Assembly: GCA_027057815.1 (NCBI GenBank)
Contig: JALURD010000110.1
Coordinates: 1-32,044 of the forward strand
Length of the DNA stretch: 32,044 nucleotides
Source of the DNA: Acidilobaceae archaeon
GTDB taxonomy: Archaea > Thermoproteota > Thermoprotei_A > Sulfolobales > Acidilobaceae
Direction of reading: 5' to 3'
The notes beneath the pieces were generated by a model that was given only the letters and a program-made list of their open reading frames with translations, was not told the origin of the DNA and searched no databases. The translations under genes were made by a program, and so were the position numbers. This document shows, in pieces, positions 8,746-16,567 of this stretch (position 1 is the first letter of the stretch; the number at the start of each line of letters is the position of its first letter).

Positions 8746-9659
8746 TGGTGACTCGTGGGGTCGTGGTTAGGGGCGTGAACTTGATAAAGGTTTACAGGAA
8801 GGGCCACTTAGAAGTGCAAGCCCTAAGAGGTGTCACGGTAGAATTCGAGCCTGGAACAATAACAGCGGTGATGGGCCCTAGCGGCTCTGGTAAGACGACT
8901 CTTCTGAACCTCCTTGGAGGTATAGACAAACCCACAGGAGGCATGGTATTCCACGGAGACAAGAGAATAGACGTCATGGAAGGCGAGGATCTCGACAGGT
9001 ATAGACTCCTCAATGTAGGCTTCGTCTTCCAAGTCTTCAACCTTATACCGACGCTATCAGCGCTGGAAAATGTGGAGCTACCAATGGCTCTTGCGGGGAA
9101 GCCTAAACAGGAGCGCCGCGCGAAAGCTCTAGAACTACTCGAGCTTGTGGGACTGAAAGGTAGGGAGGACCATAGGCCGGGAGAGCTCAGCGGGGGAGAG
9201 CAGCAGAGGCTAGCCATAGCAATAGCCCTAGCCAACGATCCCCCGATAATATTCGCCGATGAGCCAACCGCTGAGCTGGACTATGACAACGCCAAGGTAG
9301 TAATCGACTTGCTCGTGAGGCTAGCCCATGAGGAAAATAGAACTGTTGTAGTAACTACGCACGACCCTAGAGTCGCCATTAGGACCGATAAGATCATCAG
9401 GCTCGAGGACGGCGTATTAAAGGGCGTTTACGCTCCAACGCAGCTCGAGGAGACGTTGCAGCCTACAAGGCACGGAAGCCTATCAGGCCTCGCAGAGGTA
9501 ATACGGGCCAGAATAGCTAGGATAAACGAGGAAATTGAAATACTCGAAGCGAGAGTCCGTGAGGGCAAGCTCTCGCTTAAAGAGGCAGTAGAGAGGTACA
9601 TAAAGCTCAAAAAGGCGAGGGATGCCCTCGAAGACCTTTTAGCGTCTATAGGCGGGTAA
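8745..9659 (+). CDS. ABC transporter ATP-binding protein (MacB/LolD-like) with a ~75-aa C-terminal coiled-coil extension
   Basis: Walker A GPSGSGKTT, Q-loop FVFQ, signature LSGGEQQR, Walker B IIFADEPT, H-loop TTHD. The extra tail is ...ARIARINEEIEILEARVREGKLSLKEAVERYIKLKKARDALEDLL. Confidence 0.95.
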   Translation: MVTRGVVVRGVNLIKVYRKGHLEVQALRGVTVEFEPGTITAVMGPSGSGKTTLLNLLGGIDKPTGGMVFHGDKRIDVMEGEDLDRYRLLNVGFVFQVFNLIPTLSALENVELPMALAGKPKQERRAKALELLELVGLKGREDHRPGELSGGEQQRLAIAIALANDPPIIFADEPTAELDYDNAKVVIDLLVRLAHEENRTVVVTTHDPRVAIRTDKIIRLEDGVLKGVYAPTQLEETLQPTRHGSLSGLAEVIRARIARINEEIEILEARVREGKLSLKEAVERYIKLKKARDALEDLLASIGG

Positions 9660-9725
9660 CTCCGCCACTCTGGTACTGAGGCCGGTTAACCTATTATTAA
9701 CAGTATATTCAGAACTGGATACCCA

Positions 9726-9732
9726 TTTAAAA
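9726..9732 (+). promoter_or_regulatory. TATA-box-like element upstream of the 7-TM protein gene
   Basis: TTTAAAA lies about 47 nt upstream of the TTG start at 9776, in an otherwise GC-balanced 116-bp intergenic gap. Confidence 0.35.
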
Positions 9733-9775
9733 TCCACTTATTGACGTTTCCCACGCAGAGTAGGGGAAGCAGGCC

Positions 9776-10495
9776 TTGAGGCCAGAGGTCATATTCCCGT
9801 ACGCGACGGGCGCCTACCTCTTACTTGCCTCGCTCGTGGCATTCATACTTTATAAGAGAAGCGGCTTCAAGCCGATGCTAATTTTCTTCATAGGCATACT
9901 AGCGGTTGCAATCGAGAGCTTCCTGGATGGCTACGAAGCCTCGAGGCTCTACGCGCTGGCTGGAGGCGAGTGGGACGCTCTAGAGCAGTCTGCTCCAGGG
10001 AGCCTTAGAAGCATGCTACTCCTCGATGCGGTTAGAGGCGTATTCATACTGATCTGGGCTGCTGCTGAGGTACTGTTCACTGCAGAGCTAATAGGGACTG
10101 AGAAGAAGCTTTGGAAATTGTATGCTCCAGCCGCTATTATAGTAGTCGGCTCTGTACTGACTTTCCTCATAAACTTCTCAGGCATAGAGCCCTTGAGTAA
10201 AAGGATCTTAATCAGCAGTGCTGTTAGGGTAGTCCCCATACTGATCCCCGTCCCCTTAATCGCCGGCACCTTGATACTTGCCAAACTCTGGAGGCCAACC
10301 GGGTCGAGGAGTCTTCTATTGATAGGCATGGGTTTCATAATACATGGGGCGACTCTCCCCTTCTACACTCCCGCCAAAGCCGCGGGCACGCTCCTGCTCG
10401 GCCTATGGTACGCCTTCGGCGGGCTGATACCCGTCACAGCGCTCCTGCTCGGCCTATACTTGGCTGTTAAGGAGGCTCAGGCTGCTCAAGGGTAG
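9776..10495 (+). CDS. Polytopic membrane protein (about 7 TM helices by eye), function unknown
   Basis: 239 aa, TTG start, seven hydrophobic segments separated by short polar loops. No catalytic motif recognised. Followed after 11 nt by the Cys-rich ORF. Confidence 0.7.
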   Translation: MRPEVIFPYATGAYLLLASLVAFILYKRSGFKPMLIFFIGILAVAIESFLDGYEASRLYALAGGEWDALEQSAPGSLRSMLLLDAVRGVFILIWAAAEVLFTAELIGTEKKLWKLYAPAAIIVVGSVLTFLINFSGIEPLSKRILISSAVRVVPILIPVPLIAGTLILAKLWRPTGSRSLLLIGMGFIIHGATLPFYTPAKAAGTLLLGLWYAFGGLIPVTALLLGLYLAVKEAQAAQG

Positions 10496-10506
10496 GATGG
10501 TGAGCC

Positions 10507-10863
10507 ATGCCTTGCCCATACGCTGAAAGGAAGGGAACACTGGTTGTATGCAAGGTTAGAGGAACCCCCGTTAACCCTCTAGCATATCCCTGCCTAGGCG
10601 AGAAATACCCCAACTGCCCCATATATGCTAGAGCAGCCAAAGAAGCTCCAGCGGCTGAGGCTAGAGAAGCCAAGCAAATAGCGACTGCAGGCGAAGCGGC
10701 CGCTATGCCTGCACCTGTCAGCCGAAGGGGATTACTGGGCCTAACGCAGTCAGGCGATAAGCCAAGCGAGTGCGGTCAGTGTGTTTTCTACTCCAAGACC
10801 AGAAGATGGTGCTTCATTCTAGGCGCCACAGTCGGTAACCCGGCTACACCGCCGTGCGGCTAG
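10507..10863 (+). CDS. Small cysteine-rich protein: two related Cys4 modules joined by an Ala/Glu-rich linker
   Basis: N-module CPYAERKGTLVVCKVRGTPVNPLAYPC...CP and C-module CGQCVFYSKTRRWCFILGATVGNPATPPC share C-x3-G-x2-V-(x)-NP-x3-PC. Four Cys in each half. Not a CxxCxxCxxxCP ferredoxin. Confidence 0.6.
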   Translation: MPCPYAERKGTLVVCKVRGTPVNPLAYPCLGEKYPNCPIYARAAKEAPAAEAREAKQIATAGEAAAMPAPVSRRGLLGLTQSGDKPSECGQCVFYSKTRRWCFILGATVGNPATPPCG

Positions 10864-11132
10864 ATAAGACCGCCTGAAATATGCGGCATTACCGCAATTA
10901 CATCCCCCGGCTTTACTTTATCGTCGAGCTTAGCTGGTTTTCCATTGATCAAGTAGATTAATTCCTCTGGATCAATGCCGTCAGGTATTTTCACTATATC
11001 CCTTAATGCCCGGGGCCCATCTACTTCTACTTCGACCTGCCTCCCATAAATGTCGGATAAGTAACCTAGGTACTTCACAGTAACCTTCCCGGACTGCGAT
11101 CTCACACTGCGCACCCTTCCTAGTCTATGCAT
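10860..11132 (-). CDS. MoaD/ThiS-family beta-grasp protein ending GG-LI
   Basis: VTVKYLGYLSDIYGRQVEVEV......INGKPAKLDDKVKPGDVIAVMPHISGG followed by LI-stop is a MoaD-like pattern. ATG 11132 is preferred over the tracked TTG 11156. Convergent stop overlap with the Cys-rich ORF lies inside a CTAG (10860-10863). Confidence 0.7.
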   Translation of the reverse strand: MHRLGRVRSVRSQSGKVTVKYLGYLSDIYGRQVEVEVDGPRALRDIVKIPDGIDPEELIYLINGKPAKLDDKVKPGDVIAVMPHISGGLI

Positions 11133-11177
11133 TCCGGGCGGTTTAATCCGTGTCAAGGACTAGGCCTTTAACCCGCC

Positions 11178-11184
11178 TTATTTA
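11178..11184 (+). promoter_or_regulatory. TATA-box-like element for the AOR-family gene (leaderless geometry)
   Basis: TTATTTA is centred about 27 nt upstream of ATG 11208. There is no Shine-Dalgarno in between, which fits a leaderless transcript. Confidence 0.4.
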
Positions 11185-11207
11185 CCGGGGAGGACTTCTC
11201 TGATAAC

Positions 11208-13070
11208 ATGGTGAAACCAGCCTTGCCCAAGGGCTGGAGCGGCCGGATCCTCTGGGTGGACCTAGGGAAGGGCAGTGAGGGCGCCGAGGCTAAAATTATA
11301 GAATACCCCGGCGAATGGGCTCGCCAGTTCCTAGGCGGAAGGGGACTTGCTGCAAGGATCCTCTGGGAGTACTTGGAGCCGCGCATCGACCCGCTGTCCC
11401 CCGGGAACCTACTCATACTCGCCATAGGCCCACTGACAGGATTGCCCGTGCCCAGCAGCGGCAAGATGGTAGTCGCAGCCAAGAGCCCACTCACCGGAGG
11501 CTATGGAGACGGTAACATAGGCACATTAGCATCTGTCGAGATGAAGAAGTCAAGGCTTGACGCAATAGTCTTCAGAGGGAGGGCTCCGAAGCCTAGTATC
11601 GCGGTGATAGAGAAGGGTAAGTTTAGGCTCGAGCCAGCTGACGACCTTTGGGGCCTTGACACATGGGAGACCGAAAAGAAGCTCAGGGAGAAGTATGGCA
11701 GGTACGCGGGCATAGTGGAGATCGGTCCTGCTGGAGAGAATCAGGTTAAGTACGCTACAATAATCAGCCAGGAGGGCAGGAGCGGCGGAAGGCCCGGCAT
11801 CGGCGCGGTTATGGGCTCTAAGAACCTTAAAGCAGTCGTGATTCTCGGTGAAGAGATGCCTGAGCTGCACGACCCCAAGGAGCTTAGGAAGCTTGGCGGG
11901 AAAGCGTACTTGGATGTACGCAAGTCTAAGGGCTACGACTTCTGGATGCGTCAGGGAACCATGATGACTATTGACTGGGCCCAAGAGAATAGCGTCTTGC
12001 CGACATTCAACTTCAGAGAGGGAGTCTTCGACGGCTACAAAGAGATTGACGGTTACAAGATGGAAGAGCTAAAGGTGAACCAGAGGGGTTGCCCGAACTG
12101 TAACATGATATGCGGCAACGTCGTTAAGGATGCGGAGAGTGACCCAAGCGAGTTGGACTACGAGAACGTAGCTATGCTTGGAAGCAACATTGGCTTGGCT
12201 GACCTCTCCAAGGTGAGCGTGCTCAACAAGATAGCCGATAAGCTTGGAGTGGACACTATAAGCCTCGGGAGCGTGCTCGCTTTTGCAGCCGAGGCAAGCG
12301 AGAAGGGCCTGATAGATGAGAAAGTTGAATGGGGCGATTACGAGAAGTTCAAGGAGTTAATTTACGATATAGTATATAAAAGGACAAGCCTTGGCTCACT
12401 CCTGGCAGAGGGAGTAGCCCGCGCATCTGAAAATCTGGGAGGAGACGCCAAAGACTGGGCCATGCACGTCAAGGGTCTCGAGATAAGCGCGTATGACTGC
12501 CACGCAGCCCCAGCCATGGCTTTGGCATACGCCACTAGCCCTATAGGGGCACATCACAAAGACGCATGGGTAATCAGCTGGGAGGTGGCGACGGACAGGT
12601 TCGCCTACACCAAGGAGAAAGCCATGAAGGTTATAGAGCTCCAGAGAATTCGAGGAGGCCTCTTCGAGAGCTTCGCAACATGCAGGCTACCCTGGGTGGA
12701 GCTGGGCCTAAGCCTAGAGTATTACCCGCAGTTCCTCTACTACGCCACCGGAGTCAAGTACACGTGGGACGACCTCTACGAAGTAGCTGACAGGATATAC
12801 ACGCTAATCAGAGCGTTCTGGATCAGAGAGAAGGGAGGATGGAGCAGAGATATGGATACACCACCTGCAAGGTGGTTCAAGGAGCCGCTCAGAAAAGGCC
12901 CACTTGCAGGCGCCAAACTCGACTACGAGAAATACAATGTCCTACTCGACTATTACTACGAACTGAGGGGCTGGGATAACAGAGGAGTCCCGAGAAAGTC
13001 CACACTCAGAAAACTAGGGCTAGACTTTGTAATACCGGAACTAGAAAAGATAGTGAAACTAGAGGATTAG
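11208..13070 (+). CDS. aor: Tungsten-containing aldehyde:ferredoxin oxidoreductase family enzyme, FOR-like (formaldehyde ferredoxin oxidoreductase type)
   Basis: GRILWVDL, FLGGRGLAARILW, AAKSPLTGGYGDGN, [4Fe-4S] ligands CPNCNMIC plus ATCRLPW, DYENVAMLGSN, GAHHKDAW. The C-terminus LDFVIPELEKIV and the 620-aa length resemble Pyrococcus FOR as I recall it. Confidence 0.95.
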   Translation: MVKPALPKGWSGRILWVDLGKGSEGAEAKIIEYPGEWARQFLGGRGLAARILWEYLEPRIDPLSPGNLLILAIGPLTGLPVPSSGKMVVAAKSPLTGGYGDGNIGTLASVEMKKSRLDAIVFRGRAPKPSIAVIEKGKFRLEPADDLWGLDTWETEKKLREKYGRYAGIVEIGPAGENQVKYATIISQEGRSGGRPGIGAVMGSKNLKAVVILGEEMPELHDPKELRKLGGKAYLDVRKSKGYDFWMRQGTMMTIDWAQENSVLPTFNFREGVFDGYKEIDGYKMEELKVNQRGCPNCNMICGNVVKDAESDPSELDYENVAMLGSNIGLADLSKVSVLNKIADKLGVDTISLGSVLAFAAEASEKGLIDEKVEWGDYEKFKELIYDIVYKRTSLGSLLAEGVARASENLGGDAKDWAMHVKGLEISAYDCHAAPAMALAYATSPIGAHHKDAWVISWEVATDRFAYTKEKAMKVIELQRIRGGLFESFATCRLPWVELGLSLEYYPQFLYYATGVKYTWDDLYEVADRIYTLIRAFWIREKGGWSRDMDTPPARWFKEPLRKGPLAGAKLDYEKYNVLLDYYYELRGWDNRGVPRKSTLRKLGLDFVIPELEKIVKLED

Positions 13071-13110
13071 AAGGAGAGCCACGTCAATCCAAGTGATAGG
13101 AGTTACTCTA

Positions 13111-14037
13111 TTACTCTATATCTATACCTTCTTTCTTTAATATCTTCATTATCTCCTTATACCTATTCCTAACAGTAACCTCCGTCACTCCAGCAACGTT
13201 TGCCACTTCCTTCTGCGTCTTCTTATACCCTTTCTTCTGAGCCGCCATGTACACTGCTGCTGCGGCCAGGCCGCTAGGATCCTTACCAGCTGTGAGGCCG
13301 TACTTCTTGGCTATCTCTATGATCCTCATGGCTCCGGCCTGGACGTCCTCAGGGAGGCCTAGTGCGGAGGCTATCCTCGAGACGTACAGCTCAGGCTTAA
13401 TGACGGGTATCTTCAAGTTCAAGTCGCGCGCTAAAAGCCTGAAGCACCTACCGATCTCTCTCTTCGGATCTGCATCACGGACATCTACAACTTTAGCAAC
13501 ATCCTCCAGCGTGCATGGATGATTATGTATCCTGCACGCAGCAAAGATCGCTGCGGCGGCCATTACGCTGATGCTACGTCCTCTTGTAAGGCCGCGGGCT
13601 GCTGCCTCCCTGTATATCCTGGCTGCCTCGTCTTCTACATAATCCGGTAGTCCGAGGCTAGCGGCTATCTCCTTGATCTTGCTGAGTGCCTGGTTAATGT
13701 TCCTGTCTATACTAGTCACTCCAGCCCCAGCGAATCCCATTCCACCAGTGCGTATGAGCCTGGTAACCTTGTGAGGTAGCCTGGTACCATATCTACGTGT
13801 TAGGACGGAGTCGACACCGTAGTTCGGGTCAGAGATGCTGAGTGGGGCTCCTACCCTCGTCCTCCTCTGCTTTTCCTCAGGAGTATAGGCTCTCCACTCT
13901 GCATCCTCCGATATAACACTCTCCTCTATAACGTAGCCGTACTTCTTACAGATCTTAACTCCCCGATGAGGATCGTACACTATCTCCTCTGGAGGGCAGG
14001 GTGGGAGACCCTCCTGACCTTCCTCAAACATGCCCAT
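13111..14037 (-). CDS. tfb: Transcription initiation factor B (TFB/TFIIB), with a degenerate N-terminal Zn ribbon
   Basis: Two cyclin-fold repeats (RGRSISVMAAAAIFAACR..., GKDPSGLAAAAVYMAA...) and a C-terminal HTH (AGVTEVTVRNRYKEI). ATG 14037 (MGMFEE) is preferred over TTG 14049. Confidence 0.92.
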   Translation of the reverse strand: MGMFEEGQEGLPPCPPEEIVYDPHRGVKICKKYGYVIEESVISEDAEWRAYTPEEKQRRTRVGAPLSISDPNYGVDSVLTRRYGTRLPHKVTRLIRTGGMGFAGAGVTSIDRNINQALSKIKEIAASLGLPDYVEDEAARIYREAAARGLTRGRSISVMAAAAIFAACRIHNHPCTLEDVAKVVDVRDADPKREIGRCFRLLARDLNLKIPVIKPELYVSRIASALGLPEDVQAGAMRIIEIAKKYGLTAGKDPSGLAAAAVYMAAQKKGYKKTQKEVANVAGVTEVTVRNRYKEIMKILKKEGIDIE

Positions 14038-14057
14038 TGAACCCCCCAATATATTAA

Positions 14058-14085
14058 GATATCGCCCCGTATATCGGGCGATATC
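14058..14085. repeat. Perfect 10-bp inverted repeat GATATCGCCC-N8-GGGCGATATC between the mvk stop and the tfb start
   Basis: Read directly from the sequence: arms at 14058-14067 and 14076-14085, loop CGTATATC. Confidence 0.6.
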
Positions 14086-14112
14086 CTCTTATTAGTCTGC
14101 TAACTACCATTT

Positions 14113-15123
14113 TTAAGCTTTACCCTCCTCAACCACCGCTCCCTCAACGCCGATCTCCACACTTCTAACCCATGGAGAATGAAGTCTTAGCTCCTCAACC
14201 ACCCTATCGAGCTTGGAATCCTCCGCGAGTGCAATAATGCAACCCCCTCCCCCTGCCCCTGTCAGCTTAGCACCCAGCGCTCCCGCTAGTCGTGCCTTGT
14301 GGACTAGAACATCGATCTCTATAGTCGACGCTCCTAAGGCTGAAACCATGCCGTGAGCCAGGTTGAAGGCCCTCCCCAGGAGGTGTGCGTCCCTTCTACT
14401 CAGGGCATCCAATACTATATCTACTAACTTGTCGGAGGCCTCATAAAGTAGGTACGCTGCAGGCCAAAGGGCCTCGGCGTTCTCCAGAACAAGTGCAACA
14501 ATCTCTCCCGTTATCCTGCCCTTTCCCGTGTGGGCTATAACTAGGCTTGTCCCCGGGGGCAGTTTAATGTCAACCCGTAGAGGCTCCTCCCCTCTCCTGT
14601 ATATGACGCCTCCGCCGAAGGTTACGATAGTATTGTCTATCCCACTCGGTTTACCGTGGACCACTTTCTCTGCTTGGTAGGTGACCTTGGAAAGCTCTTC
14701 CGGCCCCAGGGGGTCTCCATGGAGAGCTGTTAAGGCGAGCGCCAGTGCCGCACTCGTAGCCGCGCTGGAGCCTAGACCTGCCGCTGGAGGTATTTCGCTT
14801 TCTATGAATGCTTCGAAAGGTTCTAGATCGAAGCCTCGTTTTCTCAACTCGCTTAAAATTACTGGCACCTGCTTAAACACTTCACTCCCCTTTAAGTAAC
14901 CCTCCCTATTGAGCCTTGCCTCAGCGTTGAGGGGGAGGCTCAAGATCCTCGCGGGCCAAGAGTTCAGTGGTCTAACCTTAACTCTAACCCTTAACCCGAT
15001 ACTGGCAGCTATTGCTCTTGAACCCTTTACAACAAAGTGTTCACCTACTAGTATCACCTTCGCCGGTGCCGAGGCCGCGACCCAGCCACTCAACACGCCA
15101 CACCGGGAGAACGATGGGCTCAT
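14113..15123 (-). CDS. mvk: Mevalonate kinase (GHMP kinase family)
   Basis: ASAPAKVILVGEHFVV N-terminal motif, GHMP motif PPAAGLGSSAATSAAL, C-terminal KLTGAGGGGC. Confidence 0.9.
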   Translation of the reverse strand: MSPSFSRCGVLSGWVAASAPAKVILVGEHFVVKGSRAIAASIGLRVRVKVRPLNSWPARILSLPLNAEARLNREGYLKGSEVFKQVPVILSELRKRGFDLEPFEAFIESEIPPAAGLGSSAATSAALALALTALHGDPLGPEELSKVTYQAEKVVHGKPSGIDNTIVTFGGGVIYRRGEEPLRVDIKLPPGTSLVIAHTGKGRITGEIVALVLENAEALWPAAYLLYEASDKLVDIVLDALSRRDAHLLGRAFNLAHGMVSALGASTIEIDVLVHKARLAGALGAKLTGAGGGGCIIALAEDSKLDRVVEELRLHSPWVRSVEIGVEGAVVEEGKA

Positions 15124-16561
15124 CCTGGGTATATGACTTGCCTAGGTGGAGAGCGATCTCTGCCTTAGCCAGCTCATAGCCCAAATAGGCTGAATGTTCA
15201 GGATCCAGCCCTACCATCCTAGTCAAAGTCCTAGCTAAGCTAAGCGCGTGACGCCCCCTTAACTTAATCGGGCTACCTCCCTTCAAAGGCCTCCACTCGA
15301 CTACTATGAAGCCCTCATCGTGGTCAACACCTATCACGAGATAGCCTCGAGGGTCGAGGCGTGGGGGAACCCATCCTACCTCCTGGGCACCAGCCGAAGG
15401 CATGCTGGGAGGCTTAACGGGATCTTTAATGATTAGAAGCTTGCTGAAGAGCCCTCTCTCACTGGCACCCCTCCTCCACGCTTCCCAGGCGAGCCTAAGA
15501 GCCTCTCGGGCCTCGGACGTACTCCATCTATTCTTCCACGAGTCCTCAACTACAAGGTAGACGCTAGCTCTCAGCTCTACAGCTATTAAGGCCAGGATCG
15601 CGTGGACCCCGTGCGTATCCGCTTCGACCTCGTTTGCAGCATTTGCTGCGGAAAATAGTAGTGGTGCCCCAAGACGGGAAGCCTCCATATACCTAGATAT
15701 AGATTCGGACATTCCAAGCGGAGGTATATCAACCACCGGGTCAACTAAAACCTTCTCAATACCCATCTCTCTTAGGGTGCTCAAAGCCTTTTTGAGTGCG
15801 TCAACGCTTCGATCACCGACAACGTAGGCTACCTCATCGATTCCGCTCTGCGCGGCTTCAACCGCTACATGTGGAGAAGTGAAGATCATTTCAGCACCTG
15901 CGGCTACAGCTGCTTTAACGTGGTCTACTGTTGGAGCCTCCGAGGCAACCACCACATCCTCTTCCTCGAGGGCATTTATGACTGCAACCACTCTTTCAGC
16001 TAGCTCTCTGGCGTCCCAGGAGGTAGAAGCCCCAACCACGATTATCCGTGCTCCCTGGATGGCTAAACGCCTGGTCTCCATTGCAACATTACGGCTGGGA
16101 GTCTCTGGCGGTATCTCAGAAGCTAGCACTAAAGGTGGGCCCCTAGCTGGTATTGGTACTTTTCCAACGTTGAAAGCCGCCTTGTCTTGTTCAAGAGTGG
16201 GCTCCGAGCCGAGAACCTCTTCAGCCGGTTTTGCAGGGTCGAGACTGCCACCCTTCCTGATGTAATCTATAAGGAAAGGGATCCCCCCGCTCGATTTGGT
16301 ACCCTTAAATACTGGTATGCCCACTATTTCGGAGAGAGTTCTGGCATCGCCCTTCACGCTTCCCGGTATGAGAGCCACGTCGCCCCAACGTATCTCTTCT
16401 ATTAAATCGCTCCTTCTTTTTATGATCTTTGCTAGGACGTCAACAGCAGCTATTCCAATCACATTAAGAGGCAATTCTACTACTTTAACACCAGGAATCC
16501 CCGAAACCATCCTCTTTATATGTCCTGCAGCGGCTCTGCTGGTAATGATAACTATCTTCAC
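15041..16561 (-). CDS. Dihydropteroate-synthase-like pterin-binding protein (archaeal long form with extra C-terminal domain)
   Basis: The central region resembles a DHPS TIM barrel (ARIIVVGAS, GAEMIFTS, VLVDPVVD, ADTHGVHAILALIAVELRASVYLV). The N- and C-terminal extra domains are as in MJ0107-type proteins, from memory and not verified. The last 27 codons overlap mvk out of frame. Confidence 0.55.
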   Translation of the reverse strand: MKIVIITSRAAAGHIKRMVSGIPGVKVVELPLNVIGIAAVDVLAKIIKRRSDLIEEIRWGDVALIPGSVKGDARTLSEIVGIPVFKGTKSSGGIPFLIDYIRKGGSLDPAKPAEEVLGSEPTLEQDKAAFNVGKVPIPARGPPLVLASEIPPETPSRNVAMETRRLAIQGARIIVVGASTSWDARELAERVVAVINALEEEDVVVASEAPTVDHVKAAVAAGAEMIFTSPHVAVEAAQSGIDEVAYVVGDRSVDALKKALSTLREMGIEKVLVDPVVDIPPLGMSESISRYMEASRLGAPLLFSAANAANEVEADTHGVHAILALIAVELRASVYLVVEDSWKNRWSTSEAREALRLAWEAWRRGASERGLFSKLLIIKDPVKPPSMPSAGAQEVGWVPPRLDPRGYLVIGVDHDEGFIVVEWRPLKGGSPIKLRGRHALSLARTLTRMVGLDPEHSAYLGYELAKAEIALHLGKSYTQDEPIVLPVWRVEWLGRGLGTGEGDTSR

Positions 16562-16567
16562 GTTAAC

